64,000 bases of DNA, from positions 2,400,001-2,464,000 of the forward strand of contig OY761159.2 of NCBI GenBank assembly GCA_963664395.2, given 5' to 3'. The notes beneath the pieces were generated by a model, which did not search any database, had not been told where the DNA came from, and was given only the letters and a program-made list of their open reading frames with translations. Origin of the DNA: Candidatus Binatia bacterium (GTDB lineage Bacteria > Desulfobacterota > Binatia > Bin18). A program made the translations under genes and the position numbers. Of this stretch, positions 12,024 through 21,911 are shown in pieces. Within the stretch, counting starts at the first letter, position 1, and each line of letters opens with the position of its first letter.

Positions 12024-12627
12024 TGAAATCTGCGGTTCCCGTCTCACCCCACACGCTTGAGTCGAGTTGGAGATTATACCCGTCTGAGTCGCGCCATTCG
12101 GCCTGGTAGAACTTGTGGACATAATCCGTCCGCAGTTTATCCATCCCGGTGATGCGGCGTTTGGCCTCGTCTGTGGTGAGTCCCTCCACTTTCATAACGC
12201 GCTCAATGCGGGCGTCGAGCGAGGCAAAAACAAAAACATGGAGGGTCTTGGGCCTGTTGGCCAGAATGCAGTTTCCGCCGCGTCCGACAATAATGGTGCT
12301 GCCCTCCTGCGAGACCTCTTCGATTAGCGTGCGGGTCAGGCGCGCGAGTTGGCTGTCTTTGAGACGCAACGGCGGGGGGATGTTATACGCAATTTCAAAG
12401 CCGCCCACGCCAAATGATTCGACGACACGTTCGATAAACGATCCCACTCGTTCATCTTTGGTTTCAATGTAATCCTTAGAGACATGTTGCCGGGACGCAA
12501 TCGTTTGGACAATTTCTTTATCCCAGACTTTCCAGTTGAGGCGTTGTCCAAGGTCGCGGGCAATCAGGCTCCCCCCACTGCCATACTGATGGGACAAGGT
12601 GAGAAGGGTAATGGGCGTACTCATCAT
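11986..12627 (-). CDS. Cytidylate kinase-like family protein
   Basis: SHQYGSGG, IIVGRGG, HVFVFASLDARIER. Confidence 0.85.
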   Translation of the reverse strand: MMSTPITLLTLSHQYGSGGSLIARDLGQRLNWKVWDKEIVQTIASRQHVSKDYIETKDERVGSFIERVVESFGVGGFEIAYNIPPPLRLKDSQLARLTRTLIEEVSQEGSTIIVGRGGNCILANRPKTLHVFVFASLDARIERVMKVEGLTTDEAKRRITGMDKLRTDYVHKFYQAEWRDSDGYNLQLDSSVWGETGTADFIIRALEHHTDKE

Positions 12628-12747
12628 TCGTTCCTTCCTCGGAGTCTTCTCGCAATTCTGATGAAAGGCGGACTCTCAGCGCGGCTATTCTAGGAGGAGG
12701 TGCGTAGGGCTGTCAATTCTTGTTGGTCTTATTGAGGAGCTTTATGA

Positions 12748-12787
12748 TCTTGGTCTGTCTTGGTCTGTCTTGGTCTGTCTTGGTCTG
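12748..12787. repeat. Tandem repeat (TCTTGGTCTG)x4
   Basis: Four perfect 10-bp units in the intergenic region upstream of the OmpA-family gene. Confidence 0.92.
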
Positions 12788-12888
12788 ACCCTACCAGACT
12801 AGCGTTTGAGAACGGAGGCGCTTAATGAGTAAACGCGCCCTCCAACAGGCATGTAGATGTTGGCACGTTTACTCATTATAGTACTGAC

Positions 12889-13929
12889 GTGCTTATCGCG
12901 CTTGCTACTGTTCTGTGCGGGTTTGTGTGGGGGACGATTCACGGCCAGATCTGGCTGCAACTGAACGTCCGGTGGATGGCGCTGGCCGCCCGGTCCCTTC
13001 AAGGTGTTCGCAAAAGGCCGAATCGTCGCGTGGAAGCCGTCCTGCCTACGTCCTTTACCGCCTCGCATAAATTTCTGGCGGCCCTCTTCGGAACCGTAGT
13101 GACGGGTGGAATTCTCGCTGTCCTTGCATCCAACTGGTCTTTCCTGGCGCTGTACCCGATTGGACTGTTTGCCGGTTTCTCCCCCGCCCTTATTCAAACG
13201 TATTGGCGTGCGTCTGCTCTGGTTGGGGTAGTGATGCTTATTGGAGTGACGGGTGGGCTGCTCTATGAGAATGAAGGCCCTGGCGGTCCTGTCAGTTCAG
13301 GCGATAGTGGCGATAGTGGCGATAGTGGCGATAGTGGCGATAGTGGCGATATGAGCAGTGCTGGTAAGCATGGCGGTTCTGTCGATTCAGGCGATAGTGG
13401 CAGTCCTGTCGGTTCTGGCGAGCAAGTCCGCGTGTCAGAGATGGCGGGCGGGCAGGAGTTGCCCAATCAAGACGCAGGGACACAACCGGCCCCGCCTTCG
13501 TTACCCCCACCGACTTTTGTAGAAAAGGGAGAAGACGCTCCGGAAGAGGTTCCAGAAGACGCTCCGGAAGAAATTGCCCACATTAGCCTGCCGGGTATTC
13601 CTTTTTCTTTTAACGACCAAACGATTCAGCCCGAACACCTGACGGAGCTGAATGAGGCGGTTCGTATTCTCAACGACAACCCGAATATATCTGTCCTGAT
13701 TGAGGGCTACTCTGATGCGGTTGGCTCCGAGTCGTTTAACCTGGAACTCTCGCGCGACCGGGCGGAAATTGTACGAGAGTATCTGGTGGAGTACGGGATT
13801 GCAGCCGAGCGCCTCCGAGTAGTTGGGCGAGGAGAAATTGACCCCCTCGCCCCGAATGCCAAAGATGATGGCTCGGACAATCCGGAAGGCAGAGCCATGA
13901 ACCGCCGCGTCGAACTCTCGGTTGAATAG
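12889..13929 (+). CDS. Membrane protein with C-terminal OmpA-like peptidoglycan-binding domain
   Basis: N-terminal TM segments, low-complexity linker, IEGYSD..G...NLELSRDRA...NRRVE. Start uncertain. Confidence 0.85.
   Translation: MLIALATVLCGFVWGTIHGQIWLQLNVRWMALAARSLQGVRKRPNRRVEAVLPTSFTASHKFLAALFGTVVTGGILAVLASNWSFLALYPIGLFAGFSPALIQTYWRASALVGVVMLIGVTGGLLYENEGPGGPVSSGDSGDSGDSGDSGDSGDMSSAGKHGGSVDSGDSGSPVGSGEQVRVSEMAGGQELPNQDAGTQPAPPSLPPPTFVEKGEDAPEEVPEDAPEEIAHISLPGIPFSFNDQTIQPEHLTELNEAVRILNDNPNISVLIEGYSDAVGSESFNLELSRDRAEIVREYLVEYGIAAERLRVVGRGEIDPLAPNAKDDGSDNPEGRAMNRRVELSVE
13300..13350. repeat. In-frame 9-bp tandem repeat (GGCGATAGT)x5.7 encoding (GDS)n
   Basis: Read directly from the sequence. 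Confidence 0.92.
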
Positions 13930-13973
13930 GCGTGCTGATTACACCGTCCGGTGAAAAAAGGACAGCATTATTT

Positions 13974-14840
13974 CTATGCTCCGCCGGGCAGGGAGATGGG
14001 AATCGTCTCTGCCAACGCTGGAGTTTTCCCTTCTTCGTCTGAAAAACGTCCCGCGGCGATAGTGTCATCGTGAGAAAACGAAACCCATAAATTTTTCTGT
14101 CTGGCCTCAGCGTAGAGCCGTTTTTTAGCGGCGATGGTGACTAACGGGTCAGTGTCATACGCCGCATTCCAGGCGAGACGCAGGTGAGCTGTCGTAGGAA
14201 CAATATCGGCGAAGTGAATCAAGCCGGTTCCACCCGTTTCAACAATGACACATTGGTGCGGGCTGGTATGGCCGCCTGAGACGGTTGTGCGCACCTGAGC
14301 AGTCAGTCTCGTATCACCGTCGATGAGTACAATGTGCTCAAGCGGCTCAAGGCATTCCGGGGCGTGGCGGTAGGCCGCGGCAATACGTTCGTCCGGGGGA
14401 TGGGTGGCCAACTCCCACTCCGCCCGTTGCATAACAACACGGGCGTTGGGAAAAACCGGGGTGATCGTCCCGTTGTCCGCTTTATCAATGACGCCGCCCA
14501 CATGATCAAAATGCAGATGGCTCAGCACGACGTGCGTCACGTCTTCCGGGGCGTAGCCGAGGGCGCGCAACTGGCCAGTCAGGCCGTCTCCGCGCCGGGG
14601 CGTAAAAAATTGTTGCTCACGCGTACTCAGACGATTCCCGATGCCGGTATCAACGAGTATGAGTTCACTCCGAGTCACAATCAGCGGGCAGGTCAGACTC
14701 ATGGTAATGCGTCCGCGTTCGTTGGGCTGCTTCTCCCGTTGCCAGATTTCACGCGGGACAATGCCGAACTGCGCGCCGCCGTCGTCCCACCACAGCCCGT
14801 CGTTCAAAAAGTGAATGGTGATACCACCGGCTTTCAGCAT
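13974..14840 (-). CDS. MBL-fold metallo-hydrolase
   Basis: SHLHFDHVGG (HxHxDH), DGGAQFG, GHT; start set to the ATG at 14840. Confidence 0.9.
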   Translation of the reverse strand: MLKAGGITIHFLNDGLWWDDGGAQFGIVPREIWQREKQPNERGRITMSLTCPLIVTRSELILVDTGIGNRLSTREQQFFTPRRGDGLTGQLRALGYAPEDVTHVVLSHLHFDHVGGVIDKADNGTITPVFPNARVVMQRAEWELATHPPDERIAAAYRHAPECLEPLEHIVLIDGDTRLTAQVRTTVSGGHTSPHQCVIVETGGTGLIHFADIVPTTAHLRLAWNAAYDTDPLVTIAAKKRLYAEARQKNLWVSFSHDDTIAAGRFSDEEGKTPALAETIPISLPGGA

Positions 14841-14990
14841 GGGGCCGACTATAGCCGAGCCAAAAAGGGAAGACAAATGCACGCCCTGGTTTGAGATGAC
14901 AGTGATGGCGCTCTCCGCTTCAGCGCTTCCATTTGCACGGCTTTTGAGGCAGAAGGGTAGAGAGACCTGCTCACAAAGAAGGATGGTCGT

Positions 14991-15305
14991 ATGCCGGGCG
15001 TACATGACCGTGGGGGCTGGCCCGATGCCGGGCCTATCAACAAGGCCGAACATGAACTGTCGTTCTGGGAGAAACGGACCGATGCCTTACTGGTGCTGCT
15101 GAGTAGTGCGGCCAGGCGCGTTGTCCGTGTCGATGAATTGCGTCGGGCAATCGAAAGCCTTCCGTCTGAGGCATATGAAACAATGAGTTATTATGAACGC
15201 TGGATAATCGCGATTGAAACGCTCCTGATTGAAAAGAGCGTCCTGACCAAAGCTGAAATTGACCAAAAGGCTGAGGAGATTGTGGAGCAGCGGAAGGAGG
15301 AATAG
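14991..15305 (+). CDS. Nitrile hydratase beta N-terminal half / thiocyanate hydrolase beta-like subunit
   Basis: GVHDRGG, WEKR.DA, DELRRAIE, SYYERW. Confidence 0.88.
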   Translation: MPGVHDRGGWPDAGPINKAEHELSFWEKRTDALLVLLSSAARRVVRVDELRRAIESLPSEAYETMSYYERWIIAIETLLIEKSVLTKAEIDQKAEEIVEQRKEE

Positions 15306-16091
15306 ATGGGACGCCTCGATGGCAAAGTCGCATTCATTACCGGGGCGGGTTCAGGTATTGCCCGCTCTGCCGCCCGGATTTTTACTCAAGAGGGGGCGAA
15401 GGTAGCCATTGCCGAACTCAAGCCCGAGCTCGGACGCGAAACCGAACGCCTGGTCCGTGACGCTGGTGGAGATGCTGTTTTCATAGAAACCGATGTCACC
15501 ATCGAGGAGAGCGTGAAAAACGCTATCCACCAAACGGTGGCGCGCTACGCGACGCTCGATATTTTGTACAACTGCGCGGGCGGGTCAATTGCTGAAGATA
15601 CGACGGTGACTGAGGTTGATATGTCGGTCTGGCAGCATACCCAGTCGCTCGATTTGCTGGGCCCGTTTCTGTGCTGCCGGCACGGGATTCCTGAACTCAT
15701 CAAGGCTGGTGGTGGCGCGATTGTCAATATGTCCTCCGTCGTCGCTTTACGGGGATCGTTTCCTCTTCACGTCTACACCGCAGCCAAGGGGGGCGTCATT
15801 TCTTTTACCCAGGTGTTAGCCGGGACGTATGCCAAGGATAAGATTCGAGCCAATGCGATTTGTCCGGGCGTTATTATGACCGACCGGGTGCGGCAACGCC
15901 TGGGTGTCGATACGCCGCACCCGGCCGGCCAGTCCGGTGTCGTCAACCTGGAATCACAACTGAAGAAATATCCGTTCTCTGTGGGCGAGCCTGAAGACAT
16001 CGCCCGGGTTGCACTCTTTCTGGCCTCGGACGAAGCCCGTATGATGACCGGCGCAGTCGTGCCGGTTGATGGCGGGCTGTCGGCCTACTAG
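15306..16091 (+). CDS. SDR family oxidoreductase
   Basis: TGAGSGI, YTAAK (YxxxK), NAICPG, VDGG. Confidence 0.93.
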   Translation: MGRLDGKVAFITGAGSGIARSAARIFTQEGAKVAIAELKPELGRETERLVRDAGGDAVFIETDVTIEESVKNAIHQTVARYATLDILYNCAGGSIAEDTTVTEVDMSVWQHTQSLDLLGPFLCCRHGIPELIKAGGGAIVNMSSVVALRGSFPLHVYTAAKGGVISFTQVLAGTYAKDKIRANAICPGVIMTDRVRQRLGVDTPHPAGQSGVVNLESQLKKYPFSVGEPEDIARVALFLASDEARMMTGAVVPVDGGLSAY

Positions 16092-16100
16092 GGACGAGCG

Positions 16101-16403
16101 GTGACGACGAAGTACAAGCCCGGCGATCGCGTTCGCATCCGAGTCGCCAGCCCGTCCGGTCATTTCCGGACGCCGACTTATATTCAAGGAAAAATTGGCG
16201 TCATCGAGGCCGTCCATGGCGCGTTCCGCAATCCCGAGACGCTGGCCTATGGTGGAGACGGACTCCCGAAGCAAGCGCTCTATTTAGTCCGCTTTGATCA
16301 AACCCATATCTGGGAACACTATGAATCCGCCGCTCGGTATCAGAATGATCGGTTATTGATCGATATGTACGAACACTGGCTGGAGCCAGCTCCCGAGGAG
16401 TAA
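16101..16403 (+). CDS. Nitrile hydratase beta C-terminal (SH3-like) half / thiocyanate hydrolase alpha-like subunit
   Basis: GDRVRI...GHFRTPTYIQGKIG...LYLVRF...W...DMYEHWLE. Confidence 0.88.
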   Translation: MTTKYKPGDRVRIRVASPSGHFRTPTYIQGKIGVIEAVHGAFRNPETLAYGGDGLPKQALYLVRFDQTHIWEHYESAARYQNDRLLIDMYEHWLEPAPEE

Positions 16404-16406
16404 ACG

Positions 16407-17036
16407 ATGCACGAACACGATGTGCCTGACCCGCACCTTCCTCTTGAAGAGACTTCCGAGCTGACCTATTACGAGCAGCGGGTAGAAGCCATTCAAGCCC
16501 TGCTGATCGAAAAGGGACTGATGAGCGCGGATGATGTTCGGCGCGCGGTCGAAGATATGGATGCCCGCTCTCCGGCAGTTGGGGCGAGGGTGATTGCGCG
16601 CGCCTGGGTCGATCCGCACTTTAAGCAACACTTACTTGCCGACGCCAAGGCGGCAATTGCCACCCTCGACATTGACGTGGACACCTGGAGTACGCTTATC
16701 GCTGTAGAGAATACGCCGACTATCCACAACGTGGTGGTGTGTACCCTGTGTTCCTGCTATCCCCGTTCTCTCCTCGGGGTGCCGCCCGACTGGTATAAAA
16801 GCCTGAGCTACCGCGCCCGGGTGGTGAAAGAGCCGCGGACCGTCCTCAAGGAATTTGGTCTGGAGTTAGCGTCCGATATGGAAGTCCGCGTGTACGACAG
16901 TACGGCCGATATGCGCTACTTGGTGATACCGCAGCGGCCAGCCGGAACCGAGGGACTGAGCGAGGCTGCGCTCGCCGAGTTGGTCACGCGAGACAGTATG
17001 ATCGGCGTCACGCCGGCCCGGGAGCCGCAGAGATGA
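16407..17036 (+). CDS. Co-type nitrile hydratase alpha / thiocyanate hydrolase gamma-like catalytic subunit
   Basis: VCTLCSCY metal-binding motif; DSTADMRYLVIPQRP; VTRDSMIG. Confidence 0.93.
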   Translation: MHEHDVPDPHLPLEETSELTYYEQRVEAIQALLIEKGLMSADDVRRAVEDMDARSPAVGARVIARAWVDPHFKQHLLADAKAAIATLDIDVDTWSTLIAVENTPTIHNVVVCTLCSCYPRSLLGVPPDWYKSLSYRARVVKEPRTVLKEFGLELASDMEVRVYDSTADMRYLVIPQRPAGTEGLSEAALAELVTRDSMIGVTPAREPQR

Positions 17037-17056
17037 AAGGGAAGCCTTTACCCTGC

Positions 17057-17941
17057 TTAGTTTGATTTTTTTACTCGCTCTGCAAAAGCGCGCATTTCCT
17101 CAATGACGGCATCGGTCTCGTCGCTCAGCGGCAGCATATAGAGCACGTCAACGCCGCCGGCGCGATACTCGTCCAGCTCTTTGTCACCGGTTCTATTGGA
17201 CAGGGCCAGCGCGCTAATCTCCAATTCGTTAAAATCGCGCCCGGCGGCGTCCATAAGCCCCTTGATCTGCTCCAGCAGGCCGGGAATCCGCTCGGGCAGG
17301 ACCAGGCCACAGTGCCAGCCATTGCCGAAAGCGGCCACGCGCCGTAACGCCGGCTTGGATTCTCCCCCAACCCAGATAGGGGGATGGGGCTTTTGGAGCG
17401 GACGGGGCAGGACGTTGACGTCTTCCTGCAACTCGACGAATTTCCCGGAAAAACGGGGCGAGTCTTGCGTCCACAAGGCTTGCATCATGGCAATATATTC
17501 GCGCGTGCGCGCCCCCCGTTCTTTGAAGGGGATGTTCAGCAGGCGGAATTCGTCTTCCAACCAGCCGACCCCAATGCCCATGATAAAACGTCCGCCGGAC
17601 AGCACATCAATAGTTGCCACACGGCGTGCAACGTCAAAGGGATGCCGGTACGGCACGATTACGACGCTAATCCCGAGGCGTATCCGCTCAGTAATCGCAG
17701 CCAGAAAGGCCATGGTGTCGAACGGGTCCAGCCAGACCATTTCGGTGTAGACCGCATACGGCGTCTTGCCGCCAACATATTCGTCGTAGGGCCAGGGGGC
17801 GGTAATCTGCTTGGGAATGACAATATGATCGCCAATTAAGAGCGAATCAAAGCCAAGTTCTTCTGCGGCGGCGGCTACTTTTTTGAGCGAGTCGCGTTGG
17901 GATACGGACGCGCCGCCGCCAAGCTGAATGCCATATTTCAT
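17057..17941 (-). CDS. LLM-class (F420-type) oxidoreductase
   Basis: GDHIVIP, DPF, PYRHP, GIGVGW, PPIWVGG; start set to the ATG at 17941. Confidence 0.9.
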   Translation of the reverse strand: MKYGIQLGGGASVSQRDSLKKVAAAAEELGFDSLLIGDHIVIPKQITAPWPYDEYVGGKTPYAVYTEMVWLDPFDTMAFLAAITERIRLGISVVIVPYRHPFDVARRVATIDVLSGGRFIMGIGVGWLEDEFRLLNIPFKERGARTREYIAMMQALWTQDSPRFSGKFVELQEDVNVLPRPLQKPHPPIWVGGESKPALRRVAAFGNGWHCGLVLPERIPGLLEQIKGLMDAAGRDFNELEISALALSNRTGDKELDEYRAGGVDVLYMLPLSDETDAVIEEMRAFAERVKKSN

Positions 17942-18042
17942 TAGGCCCTCCTTTTTGTATTCAATTTTGTATTCAATCCGTTCCGTCAGTGTGATAACGG
18001 AAAGACCACGCCGGAACAAGAAGTAGAAACGAAGCAATCTCT

Positions 18043-18700
18043 GTGACGAAGATCATGCACGAACCGGATGTCACCCTGACCGATTATGCAGTAACGCTTG
18101 AGTGTGGGCTGTTTGTCTATTGGCTGCTCGTCCATGGCCAGTCGGATAACCCGCTGCGCCTCTGGTTTGCCGATCTTTTTTGCCTCAATCGGTATGGCGG
18201 CCCTCAGTGGCGGAACGGTTCACGGTTACTTCCCCGGCGAGGGAAGCGTTGGCCATAGCGTGCTCTGGGGAGCGACCTTAATTGCGATTGGAGTCACCGC
18301 GCTGTGCGGCTGGATTATTGGAGCGCAGCTCTATTTCTCGGAAAGCGTAGCTGTGTGGATCAGGCACGGCGCTGTTGTGCTCTTCGTCCTCTACTGCGGG
18401 GTTGTTCTGTTCGTCTCGCACAATTTTCTCATGGCGATTGTTTACTACCTGCCCGCAACGGTTTTTCTTTTCATTGTCTATGGTCTGGTGTATCAGCAGG
18501 GGCGCGAGCCGGCGGTCCTGATCGGTCTGCTCGGACTCGTCCTGACCTTCGTTGCCGCAGGAATACAGCAAGCGCAGTGGGGCCTCCACTCCATATATCT
18601 GCCGGTGTCCCTGAGCCATAACGCCCTCTACCATGTGGTCCAGGCGGTGGCGTTATTCTTCATGTATTGGAGTGCGCGCTGGTTGGTTCTCACGCGTTGA
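18043..18700 (+). pseudogene. Multi-TM membrane protein (DUF6962-like), frameshifted near 18170
   Basis: The N-terminus (HEPDVTLTDY) and the rest (GGTVHG...HNALYH) lie in different frames that join at ...LWFA/IFFASIG. Could be a sequencing error. Confidence 0.65.
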
Positions 18701-18744
18701 TCTTCCCCCATCATTCAAACGCCGGAAATGCTACAAAGGCAGGT

Positions 18745-19873
18745 ATGGAACTCACCCGCCTTTTCACCGAAAAGCCTGACTGGGCCACAGCGTGGCTGGT
18801 CCAGGTTTTTGGCATTGTTTTCCTGACCCTCGGGCTGCATTTTATTTTGCGGCGGTTCCTCAACCGCTTACAGCACAAAGCCCTGGACTCGCGGGCCTAT
18901 TGGGACGATGCGTTCGTCAAGGCCCTGCAAAGACCGCTGGCTTTTCTGGTGCTTTTTATCGGTCTGAGTCTGGTCCTTGATATTGTCCGGCATCATTTCG
19001 AACTTGCACTTTTTACTGCGCTTGGTCCCTTTCGTATGCTGGGGGTAGTACTCCTCTTTGCCTGGTTTTTGATGTGCCTCATCAGAGAAGGGGAAGAGGC
19101 GATTATCGTAAAATATGAAGACAAAGGCGAAGCATACGACCGCGCCACTATGGATGCAATTACCAAGTTGCTGCAGATGTTTGTCATAATCACAGCGACG
19201 TTGGTCGTCCTGCAAACGCTGGGGGTGAGTGTATCCGGAGTGCTGGCGCTTGGCGGTATTGGTGGTCTGGCCATCGGCTTTGCCGCCAAGGATTTATTGG
19301 CCAATTTTTTCGGCGGCTCTGATGCTCTATCTTGACCGTCCGTTTGCGGTGGGGGACTGGATTCGCTCCCCGGACCGCGAGATCGAGGGAGACGTTGAGC
19401 AGATCGGCTGGCGACTGACGCGCATTCGCACCTTTGATAAGCGACCGCTCTACATCCCGAACGCGATCTTTACCACGATCGCCGTGGAGAATCCCTCGCG
19501 CATGTCGAACCGTCGCATCTACGAGACGATCGGCCTCCGCTATGACGATGCCAGCAAGATGGAGCCCATCGTCCGGGCGGTTGAGCAGATGTTGCGTGCC
19601 CATCCCGAGATCGATACCTCGCGGATTCTGATGGTCAATTTCAACGCCTTTGCGCCGTCGTCCTTGGACTTCTTTGTCTACACGTTTACCAAGACGACGG
19701 ATTGGGCCCACTACCACGAGGTCAAGCAGGACGTGCTGCTGAAAATCCTGGAGATTATCGAGTCTCACGGCGCACAATCCGCCTTCCCCACCTCCACGAT
19801 TCATGTCCCTGAAGGACTATCGGTTCAGCCCGCCGGGAATGCGGAAGAGCTGCTGCCGCCTGGACGGTGTTAG
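18745..19873 (+). pseudogene. mscS: MscS mechanosensitive channel, +1 frameshift near 19318
   Basis: GFAAKDLLANFFGG/LMLYLDRPFAVGDWI is split by one extra base (ggcggc-t-ctgatg). Could be a sequencing error. Confidence 0.85.
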
Positions 19874-19925
19874 GCCAGCGGGATAACGTTAGCTGCGTAC
19901 TCCACTAAAAGGGAGCGGCTCGACC

Positions 19926-21911
19926 ATGACTCTTGTTCTCAACAAACCCAAACTCGATAACCTTGCCAGCGATATTTGGAAATCCGCAGAACGGCTGCGT
20001 GGGAAGTTTAAGGCGTATGAGTATCAGAACGTCATCTTGCCAATTATTGTGATCCGTCGCCTGGAATGCGTATTGATCGCCTGGCGCGAGGCCAAGCGGG
20101 CGGAGGTACAGGTCAAACGGTCCAAGCTGACGGAGAAGAAACTCGGCGCTCTGGTCAAAAAACTTGAGTTGAACCCCAAGCAGTCTCCGTTTTCAAACAA
20201 GACGGCATGGACGTTGCGCACGGTCTACGAGGAAGATCACATCCTGCTCGAAGAGAACTTCCGGGCCTACATCAACGGCTTCTCTCAGAATGTTGACGCT
20301 ATCATCGAGCACTTCAATTACCGGGCGACCATTGGACAGATGGTCAAGAACAACCGGCTGGCGCCGATCCTGAGCCAGTACAAGGAACTGGAACTTGGCC
20401 CGGATAAGCTCTCGCCGTTGGAGATGGGCTACATCTACGAGGAGTTGCTGCGGCGGTTTTCAGAACAAAGCGGCGAGGAAGCGGGAGAACATTTCACCCC
20501 GCGTGAAGTAATCCGGCTGATGGTAGAACTGCTCGCCATCCCCATCCCCGACCGGCACGTCTCGATCTATGACCCGGCCTGTGGAACGGGTGGCATGTTA
20601 TCCGTGGCCAAAGAACATTTGCTTGACCGTGCAACCACGCCGGAAGAACGGGCCAATGTCGAAAAATACCTTACTGTCAACGGTCAGGAAATCTCACCGA
20701 CGAATTACGCTATCTGCCAGGCTGACTTGCTGATTAAGAACGACCAGCAGGTCACGGTCCATCTCGGCAACTCGCTTATTCCGCACGATCCCCACAGCAA
20801 AGAGCTGGGTGATCAATTCCCGGAACGCACATTTCGTTTTGACTTCATGCTGTCCAATCCGCCGTTTGGCGTGACCTGGGGCGGCAAGGACGGTTACGAA
20901 AAGGAAGCCAAGAAACTCCAGAAGACTCGCTATCAAGCGGGTATGCCGCGCGTGAACGACGGTGCCTTGCTCTTTCTGCAAACCATGCTGGCCAAGATGA
21001 AACCTGTTGGTCAGGGCGGCAGCCGCATCGCCATTATCTTTAACGGCTCACCGCTATCAAACGGCGATTGCGGTTCGGGGGAGAGTGAAATCCGCCGCTC
21101 GATTCTGGAGCATGACTGGCTCGACGCGATTGTCATGTTGCCGGACCAGCTTTTCTACAACACCGGCATTTTTACCTACATCTGGCTGCTGCGGAACGAC
21201 AAGCCGACTTCACACAAGGGGCGGGTGATGCTGATTGATGCCCGCAAGCAGTTTGAGAAAGAGCCCAAATCCTTTGGCAACAAACGCAACCGTATGACGG
21301 ACGCGCACCGAGCCTGGATCAACGAGCTGTACCGGAACGGCCGGCAAGCGGGCGACACGGACGAACACGTGAAAATTTTCCGGCGCGAGGACTTTGCCTA
21401 TCACAAGGTCAATGTTGTCTTCTGGCAATATGACGAGCATGATCGTCCGGCCACGATTACCGAGCCGTATGAGAAGACCTTCTCAGCCGCGAATCTCAAG
21501 AAAGAGCAAGAATTTTACGATAGCGAGCTGACCTTCCGTCTCCGTGTCAGACTTGGGGATGGGGGCGAAACCATCCGTACCCTCACGTTGACGCCAAAAG
21601 ACAACGCCACCAAAAAGTTCAAAGCGTTAATGGCGGACAAGCCGGAAGTTGTCTCAGTCGAATGGACGCACCGGCATTATGTAAAGGACGATGAGTACAT
21701 CCCCTACGGCGAAGACATTGAGGCGTTTCTGAAACGCGAAATCGCCAGGCCCATCATTCGCTGGAAAGACCGCCCACAACTCGGCTACGAGATTCTGCCC
21801 AACAAGTATTTCTACCGCTACCAGCCCCCGACGCCCGCGAAGAACCTGCTGGCAGAGTTTTGGAGGCTGGAAAAAGAAGCGGAGAAAATGTTGGAGGGGC
21901 TGGCGAAGTGA
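19926..21911 (+). CDS. hsdM: Type I RM methyltransferase subunit (second system)
   Basis: GEHFTPREV, YDPACGTGGM, SNPPFG, LFYNTGI. Confidence 0.95.
   Translation: MTLVLNKPKLDNLASDIWKSAERLRGKFKAYEYQNVILPIIVIRRLECVLIAWREAKRAEVQVKRSKLTEKKLGALVKKLELNPKQSPFSNKTAWTLRTVYEEDHILLEENFRAYINGFSQNVDAIIEHFNYRATIGQMVKNNRLAPILSQYKELELGPDKLSPLEMGYIYEELLRRFSEQSGEEAGEHFTPREVIRLMVELLAIPIPDRHVSIYDPACGTGGMLSVAKEHLLDRATTPEERANVEKYLTVNGQEISPTNYAICQADLLIKNDQQVTVHLGNSLIPHDPHSKELGDQFPERTFRFDFMLSNPPFGVTWGGKDGYEKEAKKLQKTRYQAGMPRVNDGALLFLQTMLAKMKPVGQGGSRIAIIFNGSPLSNGDCGSGESEIRRSILEHDWLDAIVMLPDQLFYNTGIFTYIWLLRNDKPTSHKGRVMLIDARKQFEKEPKSFGNKRNRMTDAHRAWINELYRNGRQAGDTDEHVKIFRREDFAYHKVNVVFWQYDEHDRPATITEPYEKTFSAANLKKEQEFYDSELTFRLRVRLGDGGETIRTLTLTPKDNATKKFKALMADKPEVVSVEWTHRHYVKDDEYIPYGEDIEAFLKREIARPIIRWKDRPQLGYEILPNKYFYRYQPPTPAKNLLAEFWRLEKEAEKMLEGLAK

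Noticed and set aside
12748-12787. Possible CRISPR-like array
   Set aside because: Contiguous 10-bp units without spacers; no cas genes in the window.
14934-14950. TTGCACGGCTTTTGAG upstream of the nitrile hydratase-like cluster as a sigma-54 promoter
   Set aside because: Both invariant dinucleotides (GG and GC) are mismatched.
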